A stretch of 25,939 nucleotides of DNA from a virus (Duplodnaviria; Caudoviricetes), in IMG/VR virus record IMGVR_UViG_3300042567_000440, positions 1-25,939 of that record; one strand, written 5' to 3'. Positions 9,194 through 16,767 of the stretch are shown here, piece after piece. Numbering within the stretch: position 1 is the first letter of the stretch; every line of letters begins with the position of its first letter. Position numbers and translations under genes: made by a program. The notes beneath the pieces are model-generated. The model saw only the letters and a program-made list of their open reading frames with translations. It searched no databases and had not been told where the DNA came from.

Positions 9194-11086
9194 CTAGTAT
9201 AGACCTGACAATGTTTCCATTGCCATCTCATCAAGGTTTACTACACCTTGCATAGCGACGTTTCTTCTTGTTGCCCACTTGTTATTAGCGTGTGCCGTTC
9301 TGAAGTTACTTTGTTGAATTAATTCTTTTGCTCTAATCTCACAGAACCACAGTGCCATAACACAGTCAGTTGGTCCTTTGGTATCAGCCTTCCAGGTAAT
9401 TAACTGGTTAACTAAAGCCTTAACATGCTCATTAGAGTTATCGGGAAGCTCAATAAGGTTGTCCCTGTTGAACTTTCCATCACGCATACTACCAAATAGG
9501 GATGACATTGCAGCTACACCGAAGTTAACATCCCACTTGTTCTTGCTGGTAAAGTGCTCTCGTAGTGCAGTACCACGGCTGGCAAGCCACATTCGCAACT
9601 CATTATCAAGCGAGAAAGCTTTTTGATAAGCATTGATTTCAATGCGTAGCTCTTGTGGTTGATAGATCTCTACCCACTCCTTGATTAAGCTATCAATCTT
9701 TTGTGGAGTAGATTCAGCCATGTTGTACACATCAAGCACGTATCGCTTGTTGGTCTCTCGGTTGACTGCATAGACAACCATAGCTGTTTTGCCAGACATG
9801 GCAGGATCCAGCCCCATAATAACAAACCAAGAACCTTGAGGACTTGGATGTCCAGGAGCATTGAAGTTAAGTTTACCAACTTTACGCATACGGTTTACTG
9901 AACCATTAACAATAGGAAGTGGGAATATCGCATCTTCCTCTACATCTTGTTGTTGGTAAACAAGTGCCCACGTGGAGGGGCTAACCTCGCTACGACGCTC
10001 AAACAGTCGCCTACCGTCCCACTTTACAAAGTGCCCGTTTTCATCGGGTGTAAGCAATTCTGGATCATCAAACTCGTCAGCCCCATCCAGCGGTCTATCA
10101 GACCTAGCCCAAAGTGTCTTCCACTTTTCAGGCTTATCGTCAAACTCAAGTACAGCTGGCATGGCTAAGTAAGTGAAGGGTGACTTACCGCCAGTCCAGT
10201 GTTCAGGATTTCTAATTTCTTTATATAGATCTATTGAGGAAACTCTAGTCCCAGCAATCAGCAGCGTCCCAGTCGAACCCACACGGGTAACTACCATCTT
10301 CTGCAACCAGTTGAGTTGCTTTTCCCATTCGTGCGCGTTTGTCGTTGAGACAATATCGTCCATGATGATTAGATCCGCACGAGTACCGTAGATCTGTTGT
10401 CCAATACCAAGAGCTTGAACCGTCGGGTCCTTCTCCCCTGACTCTCTTTCGAGATAAATTCTGTCTGCAGTCCATTGGTCTGCTGTCTCCTTATAGCCCC
10501 CTGGAGGACCATAGACCTGTTGCATCTTAAGCCACGGCTCTTCGGTCATGCGCTGCTTGATGGAGTACAAGAACTCCTTGGCGCGTGTCTGGGTCTGGGA
10601 AATGACCACAATCCGAATATTGGGATTTAAAGCAATTTTGTACATGGCGTAGTTAACCGTCATGGTGGTTGACTTGGCATGTTCTGGGGGTACATTCATC
10701 AGAAGCCTACGGCGGTTGCCTGGCTCAAATGTCATGGAAGGGTGTTGCCACGCTGGGTCACGACCCTCAAGAACGTCAATCCAGTTTTGCTGATGAGGGA
10801 ATACCTCGGTGTTCAAGAACTCTTTAGAGAACGTGGCAAAATCAATTTTATGTTTATTTTCACCTAGTGAGGCGGCAATGGCATCGGATCCAAAGTTAAT
10901 GGCTTCCTCAACCTGCGCGGCGAATTCCCCATCTAGCATCCAAGATCTAAGGCTGGTCCGCTTCTTTCCCACAGCAGCAAGGGCGGAATCCATATCTATG
11001 CCCTGCTTAAGAAAAGAAATAAACTTTCTCTGATCTTCAATTTGCCGAAGTCTGGTATGGTGTTGATCTCCAGCTTTAGCAGCCAT
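9194..11086 (-). CDS. terL: Terminase large subunit (likely with an N-terminal HTH-like extension)
   Basis: Walker A-like NVPPEHAKSTT, Walker B LIIMDD, and nuclease motifs IMGLDPA and TDCVMALW. Start moved to ATG 11086 (MAAKAGD), which has an AGGT SD-like site; the track's extra 26 codons cross intergenic palindromes. Confidence 0.93.
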   Translation of the reverse strand: MAAKAGDQHHTRLRQIEDQRKFISFLKQGIDMDSALAAVGKKRTSLRSWMLDGEFAAQVEEAINFGSDAIAASLGENKHKIDFATFSKEFLNTEVFPHQQNWIDVLEGRDPAWQHPSMTFEPGNRRRLLMNVPPEHAKSTTMTVNYAMYKIALNPNIRIVVISQTQTRAKEFLYSIKQRMTEEPWLKMQQVYGPPGGYKETADQWTADRIYLERESGEKDPTVQALGIGQQIYGTRADLIIMDDIVSTTNAHEWEKQLNWLQKMVVTRVGSTGTLLIAGTRVSSIDLYKEIRNPEHWTGGKSPFTYLAMPAVLEFDDKPEKWKTLWARSDRPLDGADEFDDPELLTPDENGHFVKWDGRRLFERRSEVSPSTWALVYQQQDVEEDAIFPLPIVNGSVNRMRKVGKLNFNAPGHPSPQGSWFVIMGLDPAMSGKTAMVVYAVNRETNKRYVLDVYNMAESTPQKIDSLIKEWVEIYQPQELRIEINAYQKAFSLDNELRMWLASRGTALREHFTSKNKWDVNFGVAAMSSLFGSMRDGKFNRDNLIELPDNSNEHVKALVNQLITWKADTKGPTDCVMALWFCEIRAKELIQQSNFRTAHANNKWATRRNVAMQGVVNLDEMAMETLSGLY

Positions 11087-11112
11087 AATAAACCTAATTA
11101 TTCTAATAATAG

Positions 11113-11194
11113 TATTACTATTAATAATAGTAATAGTAAGCAACCCCTCCAAAGGGGGTTGCAATTAACTGGCAAGCCATAAGACAAGCTTGCT
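11113..11194. repeat. Three tandem inverted repeats upstream of terminase
   Basis: TATTACTATT-aat-AATAGTAATA (11113-11135), GCAACCCC-N7-GGGGTTGC (11140-11162), and GGCAAGC-N10-GCTTGCT (11171-11194). Confidence 0.8.
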
Positions 11195-11223
11195 TTACTT
11201 ATAACCTCTACTAATACTAACCC

Positions 11224-11284
11224 TGTTACAGAACACTTGTAACGCTCTGTTATCAGATTGTTACCTAAATCACATAGATTGTTA
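11224..11284. promoter_or_regulatory. Cluster of TGTTA half-sites including a CRP/GlxR-like box
   Basis: GTTACA-N7-TGTAAC inverted repeat (11225-11243); TGTTA at 11224, 11248, 11259 and 11280; TGTTA-N6-TCACA (11259-11274) is one mismatch from TGTGA-N6-TCACA. Confidence 0.45.
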
Positions 11285-11407
11285 TAAACAAAACAAATAG
11301 ATAATACTACGGGCAAACAACTAACTATAAATTATTACAGACTCTACAGTATTACTTCCGTACGAGATTAACAACTGGGGGTCAAGTCTAAACTTATATT
11401 ATCCTTC

Positions 11408-11496
11408 TCGCTCCGCTACATTCAGTCGCTATCGCTCCTTCATTTCGCTCCGCTTGTACCCCCCTACCAGCTCAGTGACTACCTGGGGGGAGGTAC
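11408..11496. repeat. TCGCT(CCGCT) direct repeats followed by a GC-rich hairpin
   Basis: TCGCTCCGCT at 11408 and 11445, TCGCT at 11426, TCGCTCC at 11432; hairpin GTACC-CCCC-ta-CCAG...CTGG-GGGG-a-GGTAC (11456-11496). Confidence 0.7.
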
Positions 11497-11586
11497 TTAT
11501 AACTATGGTTTAGTTTAAAGACAAAGACCTCGACTGTTTGTACTGTTGACTGTCTTATCCAGACTATTAACCCCCCTAAAGAGATA

Positions 11587-11603
11587 AGCAAGCAAAGCTT
11601 GCT
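11587..11603. repeat. Perfect short hairpin upstream of first early gene
   Basis: AGCAAGC-aaa-GCTTGCT; shares its arms with the 11171-11194 hairpin. Confidence 0.65.
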
Positions 11604-11642
11604 AGGTAGTTTGTAGTTAATGTCAACCAGAAAGGAACTACA

Positions 11643-11864
11643 ATGCTATCAACAATCAATGGGTTCGACCTTCTATTAATCCTCATCATTACCGCATTGG
11701 CGTACCGCGTCTACAACCTTAACCGTGAGTGTGAGGATTACGTAGGTCAAATGCTACGCCTGTCTTGGGATCTCCAAGCAGAACTCCAAGCCAACCATCA
11801 CAACGATCCAGACAAGCACGAGTACCAGTCATTCTGCGACTGCAACAAATGCATACCTTTCTAG
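11643..11864 (+). CDS. Small membrane-anchored early protein (73 aa)
   Basis: SD GAAAGGA; N-terminal hydrophobic stretch LLLILIITALAY; C-terminal CDCNKC. Confidence 0.8.
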   Translation: MLSTINGFDLLLILIITALAYRVYNLNRECEDYVGQMLRLSWDLQAELQANHHNDPDKHEYQSFCDCNKCIPF

Positions 11865-11870
11865 GTTCTT

Positions 11871-11930
11871 TAGTGACGACCACCCCGCTCTGCGTGGTGT
11901 GGTCGTTGCTATGGATTCTAGGTGGATCCA
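11871..11930 (+). other. Two adjacent intergenic RNA hairpins
   Basis: TAGTGACGACCAC/GTGGTCGTTGCTA 13-bp stem with G-U pairs (11871-11911), then TGGATTC/GGATCCA (11912-11930). No U-tract. Confidence 0.65.
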
Positions 11931-11955
11931 ATCAGTCACAGAACAGGAGTAAATA

Positions 11956-12555
11956 ATGACTGACTTAAGTACCTACGGGGACGACGAGAAGCTATCCAGC
12001 ATCTTGGACGTACTCAAGCAAGCAGGTCTCTTTGACCGTGTCGTTGCAGTCAAGTCGCTAGTAAATGACGATGACTTAGACACAGAGGATGAGGACTGGG
12101 TGGACGTACAAACCAAGTACGGACACGACACCACGGACTATGTCTTTGGTGACCGTTCAGAATCTAGAGCAGGCACTATCTCAACAGAAACTGAGCCTGT
12201 ATCAGGACACGACTGGGTATCTCCAGTCCAACACACAGGTCGCAAGATTTACGTTATCTCTGGCACAAAGGCTATGTGTGGACTCAAGGAAGCAGACTGC
12301 TTCGACCTTACCTGCAGGCACGTACCAGTGCTTGAGGAACAAGACGAGGAACGTCACGAGTTCAAGCAAGACTGGAACTCAATGGCTGACAGACCCACAG
12401 AGAACTTCTTTATGGGGTTGCCAGGTCTTCGTTACATAGAGAGTGACCAGCAATACTTCACTCGTCTCAACACGGTGTGCAGTGAGTGCAATCTCTACAC
12501 ACCATCACGACTAGAACTATGTCAGAACTGCGACAAAGTTTTAGTATCCAAATAA
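11956..12555 (+). CDS. Hypothetical early protein with C-terminal zinc ribbon (199 aa)
   Basis: SD AGGAG; acidic N-terminal half; internal C-x6-C-x4-C-x-H and terminal CSEC...CQNC. Confidence 0.8.
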   Translation: MTDLSTYGDDEKLSSILDVLKQAGLFDRVVAVKSLVNDDDLDTEDEDWVDVQTKYGHDTTDYVFGDRSESRAGTISTETEPVSGHDWVSPVQHTGRKIYVISGTKAMCGLKEADCFDLTCRHVPVLEEQDEERHEFKQDWNSMADRPTENFFMGLPGLRYIESDQQYFTRLNTVCSECNLYTPSRLELCQNCDKVLVSK

Positions 12556-12560
12556 AAATA

Positions 12561-12594
12561 GGCTTACGCCCCCACTTTGTGGGGGGCGTAAGCC
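12561..12594. terminator. Strong intergenic hairpin (terminator or processing site)
   Basis: GGCTTACGCCCCCAC-ttt-GTGGGGGGCGTAAGCC, 15 bp with one bulge. The A-tract lies on the left, so a U-tract follows the stem only on the minus strand. Confidence 0.6.
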
Positions 12595-12619
12595 ACTCAA
12601 CAGATAAAAGGAGCAAGGA

Positions 12620-12946
12620 ATGAACAACGAACTAACAGTGACAGGTAAGTTAAAGAACATCAAGGAGTTCGATCAGTACGGCTTGATGATCGTAGGTCAG
12701 TTGACCCAGAAGGTTGGTAACGAACGAGCAAAGTTCACAATCCCAGTAGCCTGCTTTGACGAAAGCATTGCAAGCACACTGCGAGGACTGCGCGAGATGC
12801 AAGACGGTAACGGCTTTACACCAGTAGTGAATATCGTAGGTGAATTAGACACCAAGTTCGATGTTCGTCAGGGAGTTGAGTTGAGTGACCGCAAGCCACC
12901 GCTTACCCGTGTACTTATCAAGTCCGTAGAACTAGCAGAAGTCTAG
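12620..12946 (+). CDS. Single-stranded DNA-binding (OB-fold)-like protein (108 aa)
   Basis: SD AAGGAG; SSB-like strand pattern MNNELTVTGKL...IPVACF...VNIVGELDT...VLIKSVEL. No acidic tail. Confidence 0.6.
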   Translation: MNNELTVTGKLKNIKEFDQYGLMIVGQLTQKVGNERAKFTIPVACFDESIASTLRGLREMQDGNGFTPVVNIVGELDTKFDVRQGVELSDRKPPLTRVLIKSVELAEV

Positions 12947-12953
12947 TTCAATC

Positions 12954-12994
12954 GAGAGAGGTGTGGGGCATTCGCCCTGCACCTCTCTCTCTTT
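12954..12994 (+). terminator. Hairpin after SSB-like gene (probable intrinsic terminator or processing site)
   Basis: 16-bp stem GAGAGAGGTGTGGGGC-attc-GCCCTGCACCTCTCTC with 2 G-U pairs, followed by TCTTT. Confidence 0.65.
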
Positions 12995-13026
12995 CCGAAA
13001 CAGTAGAGAGTTAGGCGTTTACTAAG

Positions 13027-13206
13027 TTGGTAGATAACAATGCGCTTACTAAGTGCAATCATATCTATAGTCCAGAGTGTAATAGCTGTGGAGAAGACAA
13101 CACTTATAGATGGATTGTTTGTGCAAGGTACAAGAAAGACTGTCCAGACTTTGCATGTATTACATGTGGAGAAATAGAAATAACAACCGAAAGGAACAGC
13201 AAATGA
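13027..13206 (+). CDS. Cys-rich microprotein (59 aa)
   Basis: TTG start; (M)VDNNALTKCNHIYSPECNSCGEDNTYRWIVCARYKKDCPDFACITCGEIEITTERNSK. Its stop overlaps the next ATG (ATGA). Below the ORF-track cutoff; start uncertain. Confidence 0.65.
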   Translation: MVDNNALTKCNHIYSPECNSCGEDNTYRWIVCARYKKDCPDFACITCGEIEITTERNSK

Positions 13207-13763
13207 GTACAACAAAAGAGATAGATCTAGGTGCAATTACAGAAGAACATCTAGCAACAGTTCAAAGTGTATACAAACTAATGGCATTCTTACTAGATGA
13301 GAACGCTGACTACAGTAAGTTAAGTACCGAAGAGCTTGAGCTAATCCATGTAGCTACTACTAACATTAAAATCCGCGATGGTGTACTTAAGTACTTCAGT
13401 GATGCACCATTCAGCATTCGAGTAGACATTATGAAATCATTTACAACTGTTAGTCAAACAATGGTTGACAATGAAGACATCAATGAAGAAGCAATTGGTT
13501 ACACATCAATGATCTTAGCTGCCTTCATGCTATGCCATGCAGGTATGCTAGAAGACTTTGATGAAGATCGTAATGTTGACTATGAACTAGAACTAGTAGA
13601 TAAATTACTAGATCAAGCAATAGAGATGGGCTGCGATGCAAGCCTACTAACACTGTTAAAGATGGCACGTGATCACAACATCCCACCACGTATCTTCTAT
13701 TCATCATTAGAAGCAGTGTCATTCCACAAAGCAACAGATCCAACAGGACATGAAGATGAGTAA
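13203..13763 (+). CDS. DUF4192-like helical protein (186 aa)
   Basis: Start reassigned to ATG 13203 (SD GAAAGGA). Motifs NIKIRDGVL and SLLTLLKMARDHNIPP resemble the actinobacterial DUF4192 VRD and YSLA..LL....G.PP motifs. Confidence 0.55.
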   Translation: MSTTKEIDLGAITEEHLATVQSVYKLMAFLLDENADYSKLSTEELELIHVATTNIKIRDGVLKYFSDAPFSIRVDIMKSFTTVSQTMVDNEDINEEAIGYTSMILAAFMLCHAGMLEDFDEDRNVDYELELVDKLLDQAIEMGCDASLLTLLKMARDHNIPPRIFYSSLEAVSFHKATDPTGHEDE

Positions 13764-13845
13764 AAGAATACAAGTAATTACAAAAGGTCCTAAAGAAATA
13801 AAGCGAGAAAAAAAGCAAGCTCTTAAATTAAGGCAAGCAAAATGA
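13756..13845 (+). CDS. Basic micropeptide (29 aa)
   Basis: MSKRIQVITKGPKEIKREKKQALKLRQAK; overlaps the previous stop and the next start (ATGA), filling the gap exactly. Confidence 0.55.
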   Translation: MSKRIQVITKGPKEIKREKKQALKLRQAK

Positions 13846-13985
13846 TTAAAGCTGAAGCTGTATGTAATAGGTGCAACACACCTGTTGAGTTTCAGTTAGT
13901 AACACCAGGTTACTTTGCTTGGTGCCCACATCACGATGAAGATCTATATAAATTCGAGTGCAAGCTGGAGGTATGGAATGATTAA
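13842..13985 (+). CDS. Zinc-finger-like microprotein (47 aa)
   Basis: MIKAEAVCNRCNTPVEFQLVTPGYFAWCPHHDEDLYKFECKLEVWND; CxxC...CxxH; overlaps both neighbours. Confidence 0.7.
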   Translation: MIKAEAVCNRCNTPVEFQLVTPGYFAWCPHHDEDLYKFECKLEVWND

Positions 13986-14379
13986 GACAAGCAGTGGTAC
14001 CGTGTACTACACACAAAAAGAAATGACTGATAGAACCAATGAGGTTATGGAAGATGGCTACAAAATTACCAATGCTATCTATGAGAAAGCTAATGACCTA
14101 GATTGGTGTGAAGAGTATGACAACTGGGCTGAAGATACAAACAAAGATCTTAAATACTTTGAGATCCCATTAATGCGTAGAGAATATTCAGTTACATATA
14201 CATTGGTACGCACACAATCAGCAGACGTAACAATAACAGTGACAGCACGTAGTGATGATAACGCAGAAGATCAAGCCAATGACATCTATGATGTAAGTGA
14301 TCTCGTTGACAAGCTAGATGAAAACGATTGGGAAACACAAGACGTAGACATAGACCGCACAGAAGTAGGGGAAGCATGA
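13978..14379 (+). CDS. Acidic hypothetical protein (133 aa)
   Basis: Start reassigned to ATG 13978 (SD GGAGG at 13967). Contains YSVTYTL...VTITVTARSDDNAEDQA. Confidence 0.75.
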   Translation: MIKTSSGTVYYTQKEMTDRTNEVMEDGYKITNAIYEKANDLDWCEEYDNWAEDTNKDLKYFEIPLMRREYSVTYTLVRTQSADVTITVTARSDDNAEDQANDIYDVSDLVDKLDENDWETQDVDIDRTEVGEA

Positions 14380-14693
14380 GCATAAAGGACGAGCCGTGGT
14401 TTAACGACCCGTTCGATTGGTATGAACGAGAAGGATATCCAGAGATTGTAGGTATAGCCGTAACAGATAAGGTAGCACTTGATTTTCTTCAAGCGTTATA
14501 CCAAATCTATAAACGACTAGAGCGCAATGATAGAACAAAAGCGATGGAAGATGCTAAGCAACTAGCAATACTGCTACTAGCTAGTGCATTTGATTACGCT
14601 GAAGAAGCAATAGATGAATTAATTATACAAGAAGTAAACGCAGTAGATATAGATGCTGCATTCGCAGAGATGATAGAGGAACAGAATGACTAG
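14376..14693 (+). CDS. Hypothetical protein (105 aa)
   Basis: Start reassigned to ATG 14376 (ATGA overlap; MSIKDEPWF); acidic and helical. Confidence 0.75.
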   Translation: MSIKDEPWFNDPFDWYEREGYPEIVGIAVTDKVALDFLQALYQIYKRLERNDRTKAMEDAKQLAILLLASAFDYAEEAIDELIIQEVNAVDIDAAFAEMIEEQND

Positions 14694-15666
14694 ACGAGAT
14701 CCGTATACAGTAATTGGTACGCATAGCGAGTACGAAGTTAACTCAGCACATGACCTAATGGTAAAGGCTGGACTTGACTGGAAGGTTACATTAGAAAATG
14801 TATTTATTAATGAGACTGATCCACTTGAAGTACCAGATAGATATGCAACAGTTAAGTGGACTAATACAGGGTGGACTGAAACAGACCCTACACCACTAGC
14901 AATAGTAGGTTCACGATACAAAGTATTACAAAATGATGAGATCTTCTCATGCCTTGACGACATCGTTAACAACAGCGATGCACGTTATGGTGCAGCAGGT
15001 GAACTCAAGGGTGGCAACGTAGTATGGGCAACCATTGAACTACCAGCTAACGTAACAGTTGGTGATGATCCACACAATGCATATGTAATTGCACGTACAT
15101 CACACGATGGTAGTATGCCATTCCAAATGACACCAGTTGTTAATCGATTAAGCTGTACTAATCAGATCAATGCAGCCATGATGAGTGGCAAAGCTAAGGG
15201 TATTTACTACCGTGTTAAGCATAGCCCTAACAGTAGCATCAACCCAGATGATATCCGAAAAGCATTTAGAATTATGAACGAAGATGTTCAGAAGTATGCA
15301 ACAGTATCATCATACCTACGTTCAATTGAATTCAGTAACGAAGAGTTCAAGAACTTTGTTAAGCGAGTGTACCCACTGCCTAGCAAGATTGAGTTCTCAC
15401 CATATGAGATGCTCAGTGCAGGTGAACGTACATCTAAGACAAGAGTAGAACGTAACAGAGCCAGTGCATTGAACGTATGGATTGGTGAGACAGACACGCA
15501 GCACAACATTAAGAACACTAAGTTCGGTGCATTCCAAGCTATCGTGGAAGCAACCGATCACTTCAGTAAAGACTATAGCAAGCAAGCAGGCAAGATGATT
15601 CTCGGCACAGACATAGCCGTGAAGTCACGAGCACTACAACTATTAGGAGTAAGCAATGGGTCTTGA
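14686..15666 (+). CDS. DUF932 / phage-plasmid TIGR03299-like protein
   Basis: Family motifs AGLDWKV, VGSRYKVLQN, AGELKGG, TSHDGS, TPVVNRLSCTNQ, TKFGAFQAIVEATDH and terminal KSRAL. Confidence 0.88.
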   Translation: MTRRDPYTVIGTHSEYEVNSAHDLMVKAGLDWKVTLENVFINETDPLEVPDRYATVKWTNTGWTETDPTPLAIVGSRYKVLQNDEIFSCLDDIVNNSDARYGAAGELKGGNVVWATIELPANVTVGDDPHNAYVIARTSHDGSMPFQMTPVVNRLSCTNQINAAMMSGKAKGIYYRVKHSPNSSINPDDIRKAFRIMNEDVQKYATVSSYLRSIEFSNEEFKNFVKRVYPLPSKIEFSPYEMLSAGERTSKTRVERNRASALNVWIGETDTQHNIKNTKFGAFQAIVEATDHFSKDYSKQAGKMILGTDIAVKSRALQLLGVSNGS

Positions 15667-16135
15667 CATGTACCTAAATGTAAAAGAAAGTTTCTCTGAT
15701 TATAATTACGTTACTAAACAAAAGAATAAACAATACAGTGACATCGTAGAAGCAGCAGGTATTAAGACAAAAGAAATAGCACCAGTAGTATCAGTAGAAT
15801 ACACTGCTATTTACTGGCGTAAAGCTAATCAGATTCATAACTGGTTTGTAAATACATTAGCTAATGGTATCGATCAATGCCAACGTATACCAGTAAGTAG
15901 AACAAGACTGGTTGAGTTACATAGTATCTGTGGTCAGCTACTTGATACACGATCAACAGAGTTAGCATTTGAATTGCTACCACCAGCATCAGGATTCTTC
16001 TTTGGATCTATAGAGATTGATGAATGGTACTGGCAGGATCTTGAGCATACACATAAAGAACTAACTGAATTGCTTGAAGAAATCCATGAAGGAAACTATT
16101 GGAACTATGACATTGAGTACCAAGCATCATGGTAG
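15656..16135 (+). CDS. Conserved-type phage hypothetical protein (159 aa)
   Basis: Motifs MGLDMYL, YWRKANQIHNWF, LLPPASGFFFGS and YQASW, recognised as a common phage family of unknown function. Confidence 0.8.
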   Translation: MGLDMYLNVKESFSDYNYVTKQKNKQYSDIVEAAGIKTKEIAPVVSVEYTAIYWRKANQIHNWFVNTLANGIDQCQRIPVSRTRLVELHSICGQLLDTRSTELAFELLPPASGFFFGSIEIDEWYWQDLEHTHKELTELLEEIHEGNYWNYDIEYQASW

Positions 16136-16320
16136 AGCTAGCAGAAGATCACTTTGCTATTGATGGATACAGAGCTGATGTATTAATAAGTCCAGATACA
16201 TTAGAGTATTTACAAAAGATTAACGAAGTAGTAATGGAAGGTGAATGTATGTGGTTCAAAAGTTTAACTACATGTAGATACGATCCACACACAGGAGATG
16301 TGTTCGATGTTTCAGATTAA
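16129..16320 (+). CDS. Hypothetical protein (63 aa)
   Basis: Overlaps both neighbours in a tightly packed operon. Confidence 0.65.
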   Translation: MVELAEDHFAIDGYRADVLISPDTLEYLQKINEVVMEGECMWFKSLTTCRYDPHTGDVFDVSD

Positions 16321-16609
16321 TGAGAATGAAACACCAGCATGTGATGGTATGGATACTAACTTCTTCTATCCAGTAGGAGAAGACAATGATGATAACGCAT
16401 GGGCAAAGACCAATGTTTATCCACAGCTGAGGAAAGTCTGTGCAAACTGTGATGTCCTAGAAAAGTGTAGAGACTGGGGTATTAAGCACGAAGAGTGGGG
16501 ATTCTGGGGTGGCATGTCAGTCTATGAACGCCGTCAATGGAGAAAGAAATACAACATCAAGATTGAGCAGCCCTGGACTTCAGGGTTCTTGAGAGGAATG
16601 AACAAGTAA
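16307..16609 (+). CDS. whiB: WhiB-family Fe-S transcription regulator
   Basis: PACDG...FFYP...CANCDVLEKC...GFWGGMSVYERR (four Cys plus GxWGG). ATG 16307 preferred because it lies 9 nt from SD AGGAG. Confidence 0.92.
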   Translation: MFQINENETPACDGMDTNFFYPVGEDNDDNAWAKTNVYPQLRKVCANCDVLEKCRDWGIKHEEWGFWGGMSVYERRQWRKKYNIKIEQPWTSGFLRGMNK

Positions 16610-16767
16610 TGGAATGCTGTAACATGGACATAGAAGAACTATATAAGCAAGAAGACGAAGATGTCTGCGAGTCATGCTATGATCGTATCGAAGCACACAT
16701 TGAAGACATGATGCTTAGTAGAGCTAAAGAAGATTTCTATGATAGGAATAAAAAATACTATGATTAA
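16609..16767 (+). CDS. Acidic Cys-containing microprotein (52 aa)
   Basis: MECCNMDIEELYKQEDEDVCESCYDRIEAHIEDMMLSRAKEDFYDRNKKYYD; TAATG-coupled to whiB and overlapping the next start. Confidence 0.7.
   Translation: MECCNMDIEELYKQEDEDVCESCYDRIEAHIEDMMLSRAKEDFYDRNKKYYD

Noticed and set aside
1985-10867. Numerous 60-123-aa antisense or alternative-frame ORFs inside the large late genes
   Set aside because: Fully nested in long, well-supported genes, with no SDs or motifs noticed; expected shadow ORFs.
11087-11164. 26-codon N-terminal extension of terminase in the ORF track
   Set aside because: It runs through intergenic palindromes, gives an Ile/Asn low-complexity sequence, and ATG 11086 has a better SD.
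11098-11316. 72-aa minus-strand ORF as a possible small terminase
   Set aside because: Leu/Val/Cys-rich translation of AT-rich palindromic DNA with no TerS-like character.
11546-11570. TTGACT...TATTAA sigma-70-like promoter
   Set aside because: The spacer is only 13 nt, too short.
11087-11642. tRNA or known structured ncRNA in the non-coding region
   Set aside because: No cloverleaf or T-loop (GTTCGA) signature recognised by eye; a covariance-model search would be needed to exclude others.
12089-12439. 116-aa alternative-frame ORF within the 199-aa gene
   Set aside because: Thr/Ser/Gln/Leu-rich shadow composition and no properly spaced SD.
13110-13202. Upstream extension of the 217-aa ORF, and the alternative 45-aa ORF from ATG 13040
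   Set aside because: A strong SD marks ATG 13203, and the Cys-rich frame 13027-13206 explains this region better.
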